From: an uncultured Rikenella sp.
GTDB taxonomy: Bacteria; Bacteroidota; Bacteroidia; Bacteroidales; VadinHA17
Direction of reading: 5' to 3'
Length of the DNA stretch: 64,000 nucleotides
Assembly (NCBI GenBank): GCA_964635655.1
Contig: CAZWOC010000007.1
Coordinates: 44,605-108,604, forward strand
The notes under the pieces: generated by a model
The model's database searches: none
What the model was told of the DNA's origin: nothing
The model's input: only the letters and a program-made list of their open reading frames with translations
Part shown: positions 29,156-37,969 of the stretch, in pieces
Layout: each line of letters opens with the position of its first letter
Position numbering within the stretch: the stretch's first letter is position 1
Program-made: the position numbers and the translations under genes

Positions 29156-29216
29156 GCAGTCAGAACAGGGTGGTAAAAATAGCAATTATTACTATTTTTG
29201 CGACCATCATTCAGCT

Positions 29217-29783
29217 ATGGACCTGATAACTATAACAGCAATTGCCCTGGGTCTTTCTCTCGACAGCTTCGCCGTTTCGCTCTCTTGCGGGGTGATTGAG
29301 TCAGAGATCCGTTTCAGGAGCGCCATGCGGATTGCCTTTATCCTGGCGTTTTTCCAGGGAGGGCTGACGGTCCTGGGCTTTTTCCTCGGGTCAACCGTTT
29401 CAGACTATATAGAAAAGTATGACCACTGGGTGGCGTTTCTGCTCCTGATAATTCTCGGAACAAGGATGATCATAGGAGGAATGAAAGGCAACGATGACCG
29501 TCAGCCGCTGGATATCAACAGTCTGCCGGTGGTGCTTACTATGGCTGTAGGCACGAGCATTGACGCCTTCGCCGTAGGCATAAGCCTTGCATTGCTGAAT
29601 GTTCAGATATGGACTGCAGGGCTTATAATCGGCACTGTCACATTTCTTGCTTCGATGACTGCAATAAGGATAGGCAAGTCAGCGGGCAGCCGCCTCGGGC
29701 CAAGGGTAGAGATCATCGGAGGAATTATTCTTGCCGCAATCGGTATCCGTATTCTTGCCGAACACCTGATGGCAACAGCCTGA
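29217..29783 (+). CDS. mntP: manganese efflux pump MntP
   Basis: 188 aa from the in-frame ATG at 29217 (MDLITITAIALGLSLDSFAVS). 6 TM. Duplicated DSFAVS / DAFAVG motifs. Confidence 0.85.
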   Translation: MDLITITAIALGLSLDSFAVSLSCGVIESEIRFRSAMRIAFILAFFQGGLTVLGFFLGSTVSDYIEKYDHWVAFLLLIILGTRMIIGGMKGNDDRQPLDINSLPVVLTMAVGTSIDAFAVGISLALLNVQIWTAGLIIGTVTFLASMTAIRIGKSAGSRLGPRVEIIGGIILAAIGIRILAEHLMATA

Positions 29784-29848
29784 CATCAGGTGCCTGCCGC
29801 CCCGTTACACGATCTGCTGATTCCCGGCAGAAAGGCTTCTGACAGTAT

Positions 29849-30634
29849 CTAAATGGGTATCATAAACCTCTCCCTGCCGCTGAATACAGCCATTTCCCTG
29901 TATCCGGCCCGCTTGAGCAGGTCATATGCCTCACCAAAATACTGGCCTATCCGTTCAGGAAAATGCGCGTCAGAGTTTACGCACACCGGTACGCCGTGCC
30001 CGGCAAAAATATGCATGTATTGACCATCAGGATAAAAATCGTGCAACGGCTTGTTACGTCCGTTTGTATTTATTTCGAAAGCTACTTCATGTATCTCGAA
30101 GGCTGAAGCCATCATGCTGTAAAGATGAGAGATGTCTGCGTCAGGCTTGAACCGGTGAATCCGCACCAGGTCAGGGTGACCCATGATGTCAAATAAACCG
30201 GTGGATGCAGCCTCACAGACCAGGTTGAAATAATTCTCATAAATAAGTTCAATGTCTTTTCCTATGTAGAATTCAGGACCGAGGTCAACCGATTCTTCAC
30301 CCATGTAATGAACCGATCCGATTATATAATCAAACGGCGCGGCACTGATAATTTCGTGAGTTAATTTCTCCATCCCCGGGAGGTAATCTACTTCCAGGCC
30401 AAGCCTGACAGCAATATCAGTGTGTTTTTTCTTCAGTGCCAGTATGTGTTCAACGTAGGCCGGAAGCTTCCTGTGATCCATGCACCATGAGAGGTCTCCT
30501 CCCGATGGATTAAGGTGGTCGGAGAAACCTATCTCCCTAAAACCCAGTCTGAGGGCAGCCTCTATATATGCCTCAGGCTCACTCTTCCCGTCACTGTATG
30601 TGGTGTGCACATGATAATCAGTCCTGTATAACAT
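29849..30634 (-). CDS. PHP-family histidinol-phosphatase-like phosphoesterase
   Basis: 261 aa. DYHVHTTYSDG, GFSDH, GHPD and NSDAH metal-ligand motifs. Confidence 0.75.
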   Translation of the reverse strand: MLYRTDYHVHTTYSDGKSEPEAYIEAALRLGFREIGFSDHLNPSGGDLSWCMDHRKLPAYVEHILALKKKHTDIAVRLGLEVDYLPGMEKLTHEIISAAPFDYIIGSVHYMGEESVDLGPEFYIGKDIELIYENYFNLVCEAASTGLFDIMGHPDLVRIHRFKPDADISHLYSMMASAFEIHEVAFEINTNGRNKPLHDFYPDGQYMHIFAGHGVPVCVNSDAHFPERIGQYFGEAYDLLKRAGYREMAVFSGRERFMIPI

Positions 30635-30723
30635 TTTTATACCTCCTGTTCAAGACAGTACGGAGTCAAAAATATGAAAGGTGAACGAATATTATCACAG
30701 ATTGTTCTAATTTTGTATAGATT

Positions 30724-31431
30724 ATGGAAGTACTGAATAATACTCCGAAAAAAAAATGCAACTGCCTCTCCTGTGAACTCAGGAACCTGGTTTTTACCAA
30801 CCTGGAGGAGGAGGATATAAAGAATGTCTGTGAAACCAAGGAAGAGATTGCATATACAAAGGGAGAAGTTATTCACAGTGAGGGTGATCTTATAAGTGAC
30901 TTCAAGTATCTGAAAAGCGGGCTGGTCAAGCTTTACAAGATGACCTCCGAGGGGGACGAGCAGATTATTACAATAACAAGGCCATTCGAGTTTGTCAGCA
31001 ATACAAATGTCTTTCACGAGGACAGGTACAGGTACTCGATGTCAGCTCTTGAAGATTCGATAGTTTGCTGTATTCCTATCCGGATCGTCAGGGACCTGAT
31101 TCTGAGAAACGGGAAGTTTGCCCTTGACCTTATCTCTTCGCTGTCAAGGACATCCGAGGGAATCATTTCACTCAGCCTGGAGATCAGGAAGAGAAACCTG
31201 GCCGGGCGGATTGCTTTTGTCCTTCTTTATTTTTCAAACGAGATTTACAATTCAAGGATATTTGAACTGCCGGTTTCAAGAAAGGAGATATCTGATCTCA
31301 TCAGCATGAGCTCTGCCAATGTTATACGTACCTTTTCGGAATTCAGGCGTGACGGAATAATCAGGTCCGACGGCCGCAGGATAGAAATCACCGACATGAA
31401 CAAGCTGGGGTTGATTTCACAGCGTGGATAA
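30724..31431 (+). CDS. Crp/Fnr family transcriptional regulator with FNR-like cysteine pattern
   Basis: 235 aa. cNMP-binding barrel (YLKSGLVKLYKMTSEGDEQIITI) plus C-terminal HTH (VSRKEISDLISMSSANVIRTFSEF). Cys12/14/17 and Cys115/116. Confidence 0.85.
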   Translation: MEVLNNTPKKKCNCLSCELRNLVFTNLEEEDIKNVCETKEEIAYTKGEVIHSEGDLISDFKYLKSGLVKLYKMTSEGDEQIITITRPFEFVSNTNVFHEDRYRYSMSALEDSIVCCIPIRIVRDLILRNGKFALDLISSLSRTSEGIISLSLEIRKRNLAGRIAFVLLYFSNEIYNSRIFELPVSRKEISDLISMSSANVIRTFSEFRRDGIIRSDGRRIEITDMNKLGLISQRG

Positions 31432-31466
31432 TCAGTTTCCACCATCCGGCATCAGAACAGTTTTTG

Positions 31467-32369
31467 TCAAAGGCTTGCTCTCAGCGCCGAGGATATGTCA
31501 GGATACCTGAAGCGAAATCCTGTTGCTGACAGACGGTCGGAGGAGATCCTGCTTCCTGCCGTAAGTATCACCGCCATTTCACCAAGCACGGCTCTCAGCA
31601 GCCATACCGGCACATGTGGCAGAAAGACCGGAATGTGTTTCTGCCGGGCCACCTCACCCATCAATTGGTCATGCGTTATATGATGAGGTGCTGCAGCATT
31701 GAACGGTCCCGACATCGAGTTGTCGGTCAGAGCCTTGTTGTAGATGCTGCAGAGGTCGGTGATGTGTATCCACGGAAAATACTGATCACCCGGGGCCAGC
31801 CTGGCTATCAGGCCTGCTTTCGCCGGGGCAGTCATCCTGCTGAGCGCAGAGCCCGACCTGGCAAGCACCACGGCTGTTCTCAGCTTGACAGTCCTGACCC
31901 CGGAATCGGAAAATGCATCAGCTACTGCCTCCCACAGCCTGCATGTCTCACCGAGAAAGTCCGTTGCAGGGGGGTCGGTCTCGGTAAAGATTCTGTCAGT
32001 GTTCTCCGAGCCGTAATAATTAACTCCTGAGGCTGTAATGAACACTGAGGGGGTCAGCCCCGAACCCACAGTCATCTGATGGAGCAGCCTGCCTGAAATT
32101 GTCCGGCTGAGCCTTATATCACGTTTACGCGCCTCATTCCATCGGCCCTCTCCGATATTTGACGCCGCCAGATGAATTACTGCATCTCCCTCCCTGAATG
32201 CCCCGGGATCACAGTAACCGCTGTCAGGATTCCATCTGAACGACGGGTACCTTCCCCTGGCGGTTTCTCCCCGCGTGAGGTGAATCACTTGCCACCCGTC
32301 AGCAGCCAGGATTGTGCTCAGATATGACCCGATCAGCCCGCTTCCTCCGGTAATAACCACCCGGTGCAT
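31467..32369 (-). CDS. TIGR01777/YfcH-like NAD(P)-binding epimerase family protein
   Basis: 300 aa. Rossmann N-terminus VVITGGSGLIGSYL. The C-terminal extension is typical of the YfcH family. Confidence 0.8.
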   Translation of the reverse strand: MHRVVITGGSGLIGSYLSTILAADGWQVIHLTRGETARGRYPSFRWNPDSGYCDPGAFREGDAVIHLAASNIGEGRWNEARKRDIRLSRTISGRLLHQMTVGSGLTPSVFITASGVNYYGSENTDRIFTETDPPATDFLGETCRLWEAVADAFSDSGVRTVKLRTAVVLARSGSALSRMTAPAKAGLIARLAPGDQYFPWIHITDLCSIYNKALTDNSMSGPFNAAAPHHITHDQLMGEVARQKHIPVFLPHVPVWLLRAVLGEMAVILTAGSRISSDRLSATGFRFRYPDISSALRASL

Positions 32370-32372
32370 ATC

Positions 32373-32795
32373 CTATTCAAGTGTTTCAATTATTTCAATT
32401 GCATCGCGGATGCATTTTTCACACACTGACCGGGAAAGGCCCAGCCGGGCGATGTTTTCCTTTCCTTCAGGAGTATTGAGATCTTCACCGAGCAGTTCTG
32501 AACAAAGGTCAGTGCCATTGCGTTCGGTGAACATCCTGTTAAACTCCTTCACTCTGCTGTATAATGCGGTCTTTTCATCTTCAGTAGGCAAACCCGGCGC
32601 ACCGTAGGCAAAGCCGAACCACAGGTAAGCTCCTGTCACAGCACCGCAGGTCTTCTGCAGCCTACCCATCCCGCCTCCGAATGCCGCTGACGCCCTGGCC
32701 TTTTCCCCGCTCTCGCCTGCACATGCCAGGAGTACCGACTGTGAACAACTGTAACCGTTGCGAAAGAAACTGACAGCCTTCTCTGTTTTATTCAT
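32373..32795 (-). CDS. C_GCAxxG_C_C family protein
   Basis: 140 aa. YSCSQSVLLA and TCGAVTGA motifs plus a C-terminal Cys pair. Confidence 0.65.
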   Translation of the reverse strand: MNKTEKAVSFFRNGYSCSQSVLLACAGESGEKARASAAFGGGMGRLQKTCGAVTGAYLWFGFAYGAPGLPTEDEKTALYSRVKEFNRMFTERNGTDLCSELLGEDLNTPEGKENIARLGLSRSVCEKCIRDAIEIIETLE

Positions 32796-32914
32796 TTACT
32801 TTTTTGTCAAAAATATTAAAAAATTAAAGTGGCAACTGATTAACTTTTTGATATGATTTTGAAATATTCTACTTTTACCACCTGCATTAAGGTACTATTA
32901 AACACAGCATTAAA

Positions 32915-34120
32915 ATGGCAAACCAGAAGAAAATCAAGGGAGTAATAGGGATTCTGACAGGTGGTGGTGATGTCCCGGGGCTGAACCCGGCTATCAGGGC
33001 CGTTACAATCAGGGCCAACAGGGAAGGGTATAAGGTTATCGGACTTCGCAGGGGATGGGCCGGAATCATTGAAATAATCAGGGATCCGAAAGCAGACAAC
33101 AGCAACTGCTTCCAGATCCTTACAGATGATATCGTGAACAGGGCGGGAAGAACAGGCGGAACCTACCTCCACACATCACGTACAAGGCCAAGCCATGTGC
33201 CTAAAAATTACGTTCCCGAGCATCTGAAAGACATATACAAGGATGAAATGAATGACCTCACCCCCGAGGTGCTGAAGAACCTCGAGTGGCTTGGGATTGA
33301 CTACCTTATCCCCATAGGGGGTGATGATACCCTCAGCTACGGAGTGCATCTTTACAAGCAGGGTGTTAAGGTTGTTGCCATTCCAAAGACAATGGACAAT
33401 GACGTTCCGGGGACAGACTATTGCATCGGGTTCAGCACATGCGTCACCCGTACAATTCAGATGACAAACTCACTCCGTACTTCGGCTGGTTCACATGAAC
33501 GTATCATGGTTCTCGAAGTGTTCGGACGCTATGCCGGATTCACCGCCATGCTTCCCACGATGGCAGGCGCTGCCAACAGATGCGTTATTCCTGAATATAA
33601 ATTCGATATAGAACAACTTACAAAACTCCTTGTTGAAGACCGCAACGCCAACCCCAGCCACTATTCGATAGTGCTTGTATCAGAAGGCGCCCTCTACAAA
33701 GGGGGAGACATGATCTTCCAGGACAGCGAGCGCGACGCATACGGGCACGCCAAGCTGGGAGGGATAGGTGACCTGGTGTCAGCCGAGATCAAGGAACATT
33801 CAGCTAAATTCAATAATGGCAAAACAATAAATATCATCAACCAGAAGCTCGGATACATGGTCAGGGGCGGTGATCCTGACGCAGTTGACTCAATAGTTCC
33901 GATGGCCTTCGGTAACCTCGCCCTCGACCTTATAATGAAGGGGATCCACGGAAGGGTGGTTGTCCTTAAGAACGGTCGTTATGACAACGTCCCGATAGAT
34001 GTTGTCACCTCGTCAAAGAAGGTTGTCAAGGTCTCTGAATATTACAACACCGAACGGCTCAGGCCTTACTACTCAAACTTCGAGATGAAGCCATTCTTCC
34101 TGATGGCTGCCGAGTATTGA
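32915..34120 (+). CDS. 6-phosphofructokinase, probably pyrophosphate-dependent
   Basis: 401 aa. GILTGGGDVPGLN, GGDDTLS and PKTMDNDV, MVRGG. The Asp in GGDD and the Lys in PKT are the residues associated with PPi-type rather than ATP-type PFKs. Confidence 0.8.
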   Translation: MANQKKIKGVIGILTGGGDVPGLNPAIRAVTIRANREGYKVIGLRRGWAGIIEIIRDPKADNSNCFQILTDDIVNRAGRTGGTYLHTSRTRPSHVPKNYVPEHLKDIYKDEMNDLTPEVLKNLEWLGIDYLIPIGGDDTLSYGVHLYKQGVKVVAIPKTMDNDVPGTDYCIGFSTCVTRTIQMTNSLRTSAGSHERIMVLEVFGRYAGFTAMLPTMAGAANRCVIPEYKFDIEQLTKLLVEDRNANPSHYSIVLVSEGALYKGGDMIFQDSERDAYGHAKLGGIGDLVSAEIKEHSAKFNNGKTINIINQKLGYMVRGGDPDAVDSIVPMAFGNLALDLIMKGIHGRVVVLKNGRYDNVPIDVVTSSKKVVKVSEYYNTERLRPYYSNFEMKPFFLMAAEY

Positions 34121-34149
34121 AATTTACCGGAAAACCAGATATAAAAAGA

Positions 34150-34188
34150 GTGATGTCCGGCAATTCAGGGCATCACCTTTTTATTTTT
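34150..34188 (+). terminator. rho-independent terminator after the PFK gene
   Basis: Hairpin GTGATG(T)CC...GGCATCAC followed by CTTTTTATTTTT. Confidence 0.65.
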
Positions 34189-34196
34189 GCTGTGAA

Positions 34197-35120
34197 ATGA
34201 GGGGACTGAAACAGGGCATAGTGATCAAATCTACCGGCAGCCGTTACAGGGTGGCTGATGAAGAGGGGATCATACATGAGTGTATCCTCCGTGGCCGTTT
34301 CAGGGTCAGCGGAGTCCGCACCACAAATCCCGTAGCGGTGGGAGACAATGTGACTGTAGACATCGGCGAGGGTGTAATAGTAAAACTGTCGCCAAGGCGT
34401 AACTACATTATCCGTAAGGCCTCGAATCTTTCGCGTGAGTCGCAGATAATAGCTGCCAACATTGACCAGGCTTTCCTCATTGTCACTGTAAAGATGCCTG
34501 CAACACCGGTGGAATTCATTGACAGGTTCCTTTCAACAGCTGAGGCGTACCGCATTCCTGCGGTAATCGTGATAAACAAGACCGACCTGTACGGTGAGGA
34601 AGAAATGGCCCGGGCACTCCTGATCAGCAATGTCTATACAAAGATCGGTTATCGCGTGTTTATGGTCTCCGTAACGGAGGATAAAGACCTTGATGAAATA
34701 GAAATTGCCCTGCGGAACAAAACAACACTTATTTCAGGGAACTCGGGTGTGGGTAAAAGCACCCTCCTTAACAGGCTGAATCCGTCATTGTCACTTAAAA
34801 CCGGTCCCGTTTCCGAATACCATGAACAGGGCAGGCACATCACCACGTTTCCTGAAATGCACCCACTTCCCGGTGGCGGTTATGTGATTGATACTCCGGG
34901 GATAAGGGGATTCGGAGTTATCGATTTCGCCACTGAAGAGGTGTATCATTTCTTCCCGGAAATTTTCAGGATTTCATCGGGATGCCGGTTCCGTAACTGC
35001 ATACACCTCGATGAACCCGGATGCACGGTCAGGGAGGCTGTGGCTTCAGGCGAAATTGAACCGTGGAGGTACAGAAGCTACATAAGTATGGTTTTGGAGC
35101 ACAATGAAAAGTACAGATAA
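34197..35120 (+). CDS. rsgA: ribosome small subunit-dependent GTPase A
   Basis: 307 aa. Circularly permuted GTPase (INKTDL ... GNSGVGKSTL) and a C-terminal zinc knuckle CRFRNCIHLDEPGC. Confidence 0.9.
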   Translation: MRGLKQGIVIKSTGSRYRVADEEGIIHECILRGRFRVSGVRTTNPVAVGDNVTVDIGEGVIVKLSPRRNYIIRKASNLSRESQIIAANIDQAFLIVTVKMPATPVEFIDRFLSTAEAYRIPAVIVINKTDLYGEEEMARALLISNVYTKIGYRVFMVSVTEDKDLDEIEIALRNKTTLISGNSGVGKSTLLNRLNPSLSLKTGPVSEYHEQGRHITTFPEMHPLPGGGYVIDTPGIRGFGVIDFATEEVYHFFPEIFRISSGCRFRNCIHLDEPGCTVREAVASGEIEPWRYRSYISMVLEHNEKYR

Positions 35121-35147
35121 GCGTTATCCTTACGGGACATACTACTG

Positions 35148-37967
35148 ATGAGAAGAACTTTAATTGCTGCATATAGCGCTTTCGTGCTTTTATTGCTGGT
35201 AACGGCAATATTTTATTTAAGCCTCTACAGGAACCAGATCGAATACTCAAGCAAACTGCTTGACAGGCAGGTGATGATTGCCGGTTCTGACATCGACAAT
35301 ACAAGTATGTACATTGTCAGTGACCTTACTGAGATAGATTTTTCAGATGACATTGCACTGTTTTTTTCCGACCCGGAGGTCAATGAGCGGGCAAAGGAGA
35401 AGATGAAACTGTACTACTCAAGGTATGAGGATATCGTTGTCGGACTTATGCTGTACAACAATGAGGGTGACGTATATACACTCTTCAAGGATGAGGAGCG
35501 CAACTCATGGCTTGACGGATCCTACAGGGCCCAGACATTACCTGTCATTCACACTATGGAAAAGCTTGAGAGCGAACGCGACAGGTACAAGTATTATCTG
35601 CCGGTCCTGAAGGATGGGGAAGTACTGGGCAACCTGGTGATTACAATTGATTTCAGGCGCTTTTTCTCCGGGATTTTTGCCAAGTACAACCTTGAACAGT
35701 TCCAATGGCAGTGGGTTGTGAGTGACTCCGGTGCCGTTGTGTTTGACAATAACGGCAATGACATAAGTTATACACGGATTGACCGGCTCACTGAAGACCT
35801 TTCAAAGGGCAATTCAGGGAGGTTGTCCCACTCGATGAAGGTTGACGGAGGAGAAGAGCAGGATATACTCTCCTCGTACTATCCGGTCGACATCCTTGGC
35901 CTTGGTTTTTGCCTTGTATTTTCGGCCCACACCGATTTCTTCCAGAAGTTCATTGTCAGAAATTCCTTGATACTTGGCTCGGTTGCTTTTATAATAATCT
36001 TGTTTATAATTCTCCTTTTCAGGCAGTTTCTCAGGAGACAGTCAAAATGCCTGGAGGAAAAGACAACCTCAGAATCCGGCCTGCTCTCAATACTTGACCA
36101 GATGCCGGTGGGGTTTATAATATTCAATGAAGGAAGGGAGATTTTGAGAGCCAACAGGCAGGCGGCAACTCTTTTTTCCTTTGACGACGAGGCCGCCATG
36201 AAGGGGAAACTGATGCCGGACCTTTCCCGGAATGAATATAACTGTGACATTGCAGGACAGATAGGCCGGGGGACGGTTATCAGGCTGCCGGCAACCGGAG
36301 GAGACAGGATCATTTTTCTTAACAGCATACCTGTGACTTATGAGGGTGTCAGCTGCACGATGGATGCGCTCATTGACATTACCTCGCTGGAACTTGCCCG
36401 GCGACAGGAAGCAGATGCAAACATCGCCAAATCAGAGATGCTTGCCCGGATGAGCTTTGAAATCCGCACCCCCCTGAACGGAATACTGGGTATGACCGAG
36501 ATGCTTACAAGGTCTGACCTTCCCGAAGAATCGAAAGAGATTGCAAGGCTCCTCAGACGATCTGCAGATCTTCTCCTTGACATTATTAACGACATCTTCG
36601 ACGTATCAAAGGTAGAGACGGGAAAGATGATCCTTGATGAGATACCGTTCAGACTGAGGGAAGAGGTGGCTTACTGCATCAACCTGGTAAGACGCCAGAA
36701 CCCTGAAGCGGCTGTCACCTTTGAATCAGAGATTGAACAGGCAGTACCTGATAACATTATCGGTGATCCCTACAGGCTGCGGCAGGTTATTATAAACCTT
36801 ATGGGCAATTCGGTTGCCGGCACACAGTCCGGATCGATCCGGCTCAGCTGCCGTGTAAACAAATCGGAAGGAAACAAATACACTCTGGAGTTTACAATTA
36901 CCGATACGGGTAATACATATACACGAGCTGAGCTCAAGAGGTTGTTCGGCAATTACATTACCGCCCTGAGCGAGCGGTCCGAATGGGCTGAAGACCTGAA
37001 GATTGGTCCGGTTCTCGCCAGGCAGCTCACAGAGCTTATGGGGGGTGAACTGAAAGCCGAAAGCCCTGCAGTAAAAGAGGCTTCCGGTCAGGAGAAGGGA
37101 CTGAAGGTCACATTTACAATCAATGTACATCTGAACGAAAGAATTGTCAAAAAACTGGATCTTGGCAGATATGCTGATCCTGCAGATATACGCACCCTTG
37201 TCATTACCGGCGCTCATGGCCGTGATGATGATTTCCTGAGCATAATGCATCGGGTGGGCCTGCCTGTCTCAGTAACCAGTTTCCAGAAACATACAGCCTC
37301 GCAGATAAAAACCGGACTCCGGAACGAAACAGGCAGAAATATCCTGCTGGTGATCTTTGACGAACCTGACAATGACGGATTTGTTGCCGCAAAAACGTTT
37401 ATGGACGAGGGCATTACGTCAGAGCATATAGTGATGATGTTTACATCCCGTGATCCGAAGGGTCACTATGCAAGATGTGTTGATCTGGGCATAGACCATC
37501 TGCTGGTCAAGCCCTTTGCTGCTGAAGACCTGATAACCGTGCTGAGGGAGCATTTCCCCGCGCTGCGTGAACAATCTGCAAGGCTTAATTCAGACAAGAC
37601 CGGTACCCCTGTAGTGCTTGTGGTCGATGACAACTACCTGAACAGAAAGGTTGTGGGGTCATTGCTTAAGGTGTTGGGTGTCAAGGCCGAGTTTGCCGCC
37701 GGAGCAGCCGAGGCAATTGACATGGCCAGGGAAAAATCATACGCCATCATACTCATGGACCTGATTATGCCTGAAATTGACGGCTTTGAGGCTGCCCGCA
37801 CAATACTCGGGTTTGACCATAAGACCCAGATAGTAGCCCTCTCTGCCGACAACATGCCTGAGACCAGGGTCAGGGTGGAACAGAGTGGCATGAAGGAACT
37901 TCTTGCAAAACCGGTTACCGTCGAAGAGCTCAGGAGAGTCATCGACAGATACCACAAGCCAGTATAA
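35148..37967 (+). CDS. hybrid sensor histidine-kinase-like protein / response regulator with degenerate kinase core
   Basis: 939 aa. Domain order: TM, about 250-aa periplasmic domain, TM, PAS-like, DHp with SFEIRTPLNG (Phe where His is expected), degenerate CA domain, REC-like domain, then a canonical C-terminal REC (VVDDN...MDLIMPEIDG...LAKP). Confidence 0.8.
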   Translation: MRRTLIAAYSAFVLLLLVTAIFYLSLYRNQIEYSSKLLDRQVMIAGSDIDNTSMYIVSDLTEIDFSDDIALFFSDPEVNERAKEKMKLYYSRYEDIVVGLMLYNNEGDVYTLFKDEERNSWLDGSYRAQTLPVIHTMEKLESERDRYKYYLPVLKDGEVLGNLVITIDFRRFFSGIFAKYNLEQFQWQWVVSDSGAVVFDNNGNDISYTRIDRLTEDLSKGNSGRLSHSMKVDGGEEQDILSSYYPVDILGLGFCLVFSAHTDFFQKFIVRNSLILGSVAFIIILFIILLFRQFLRRQSKCLEEKTTSESGLLSILDQMPVGFIIFNEGREILRANRQAATLFSFDDEAAMKGKLMPDLSRNEYNCDIAGQIGRGTVIRLPATGGDRIIFLNSIPVTYEGVSCTMDALIDITSLELARRQEADANIAKSEMLARMSFEIRTPLNGILGMTEMLTRSDLPEESKEIARLLRRSADLLLDIINDIFDVSKVETGKMILDEIPFRLREEVAYCINLVRRQNPEAAVTFESEIEQAVPDNIIGDPYRLRQVIINLMGNSVAGTQSGSIRLSCRVNKSEGNKYTLEFTITDTGNTYTRAELKRLFGNYITALSERSEWAEDLKIGPVLARQLTELMGGELKAESPAVKEASGQEKGLKVTFTINVHLNERIVKKLDLGRYADPADIRTLVITGAHGRDDDFLSIMHRVGLPVSVTSFQKHTASQIKTGLRNETGRNILLVIFDEPDNDGFVAAKTFMDEGITSEHIVMMFTSRDPKGHYARCVDLGIDHLLVKPFAAEDLITVLREHFPALREQSARLNSDKTGTPVVLVVDDNYLNRKVVGSLLKVLGVKAEFAAGAAEAIDMAREKSYAIILMDLIMPEIDGFEAARTILGFDHKTQIVALSADNMPETRVRVEQSGMKELLAKPVTVEELRRVIDRYHKPV

Positions 37968-37969
37968 AA

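Noticed and set aside
28917-29216. 100-codon N-terminal extension of the mntP ORF (ORF track start 28917)
   Set aside because: The extension runs antisense through dtd and is not hydrophobic or MntP-like. The in-frame ATG at 29217 gives a typical 188-aa MntP starting MDLITITAIALG.
29156-29216. Looked for a yybP-ykoY (Mn) riboswitch upstream of mntP. Also looked for Moco and purine riboswitches upstream of moaD (21822-21823) and ade (10846-10886).
   Set aside because: The spacers are 61, 2 and 41 nt, too short for these RNAs, and no conserved cores were seen.
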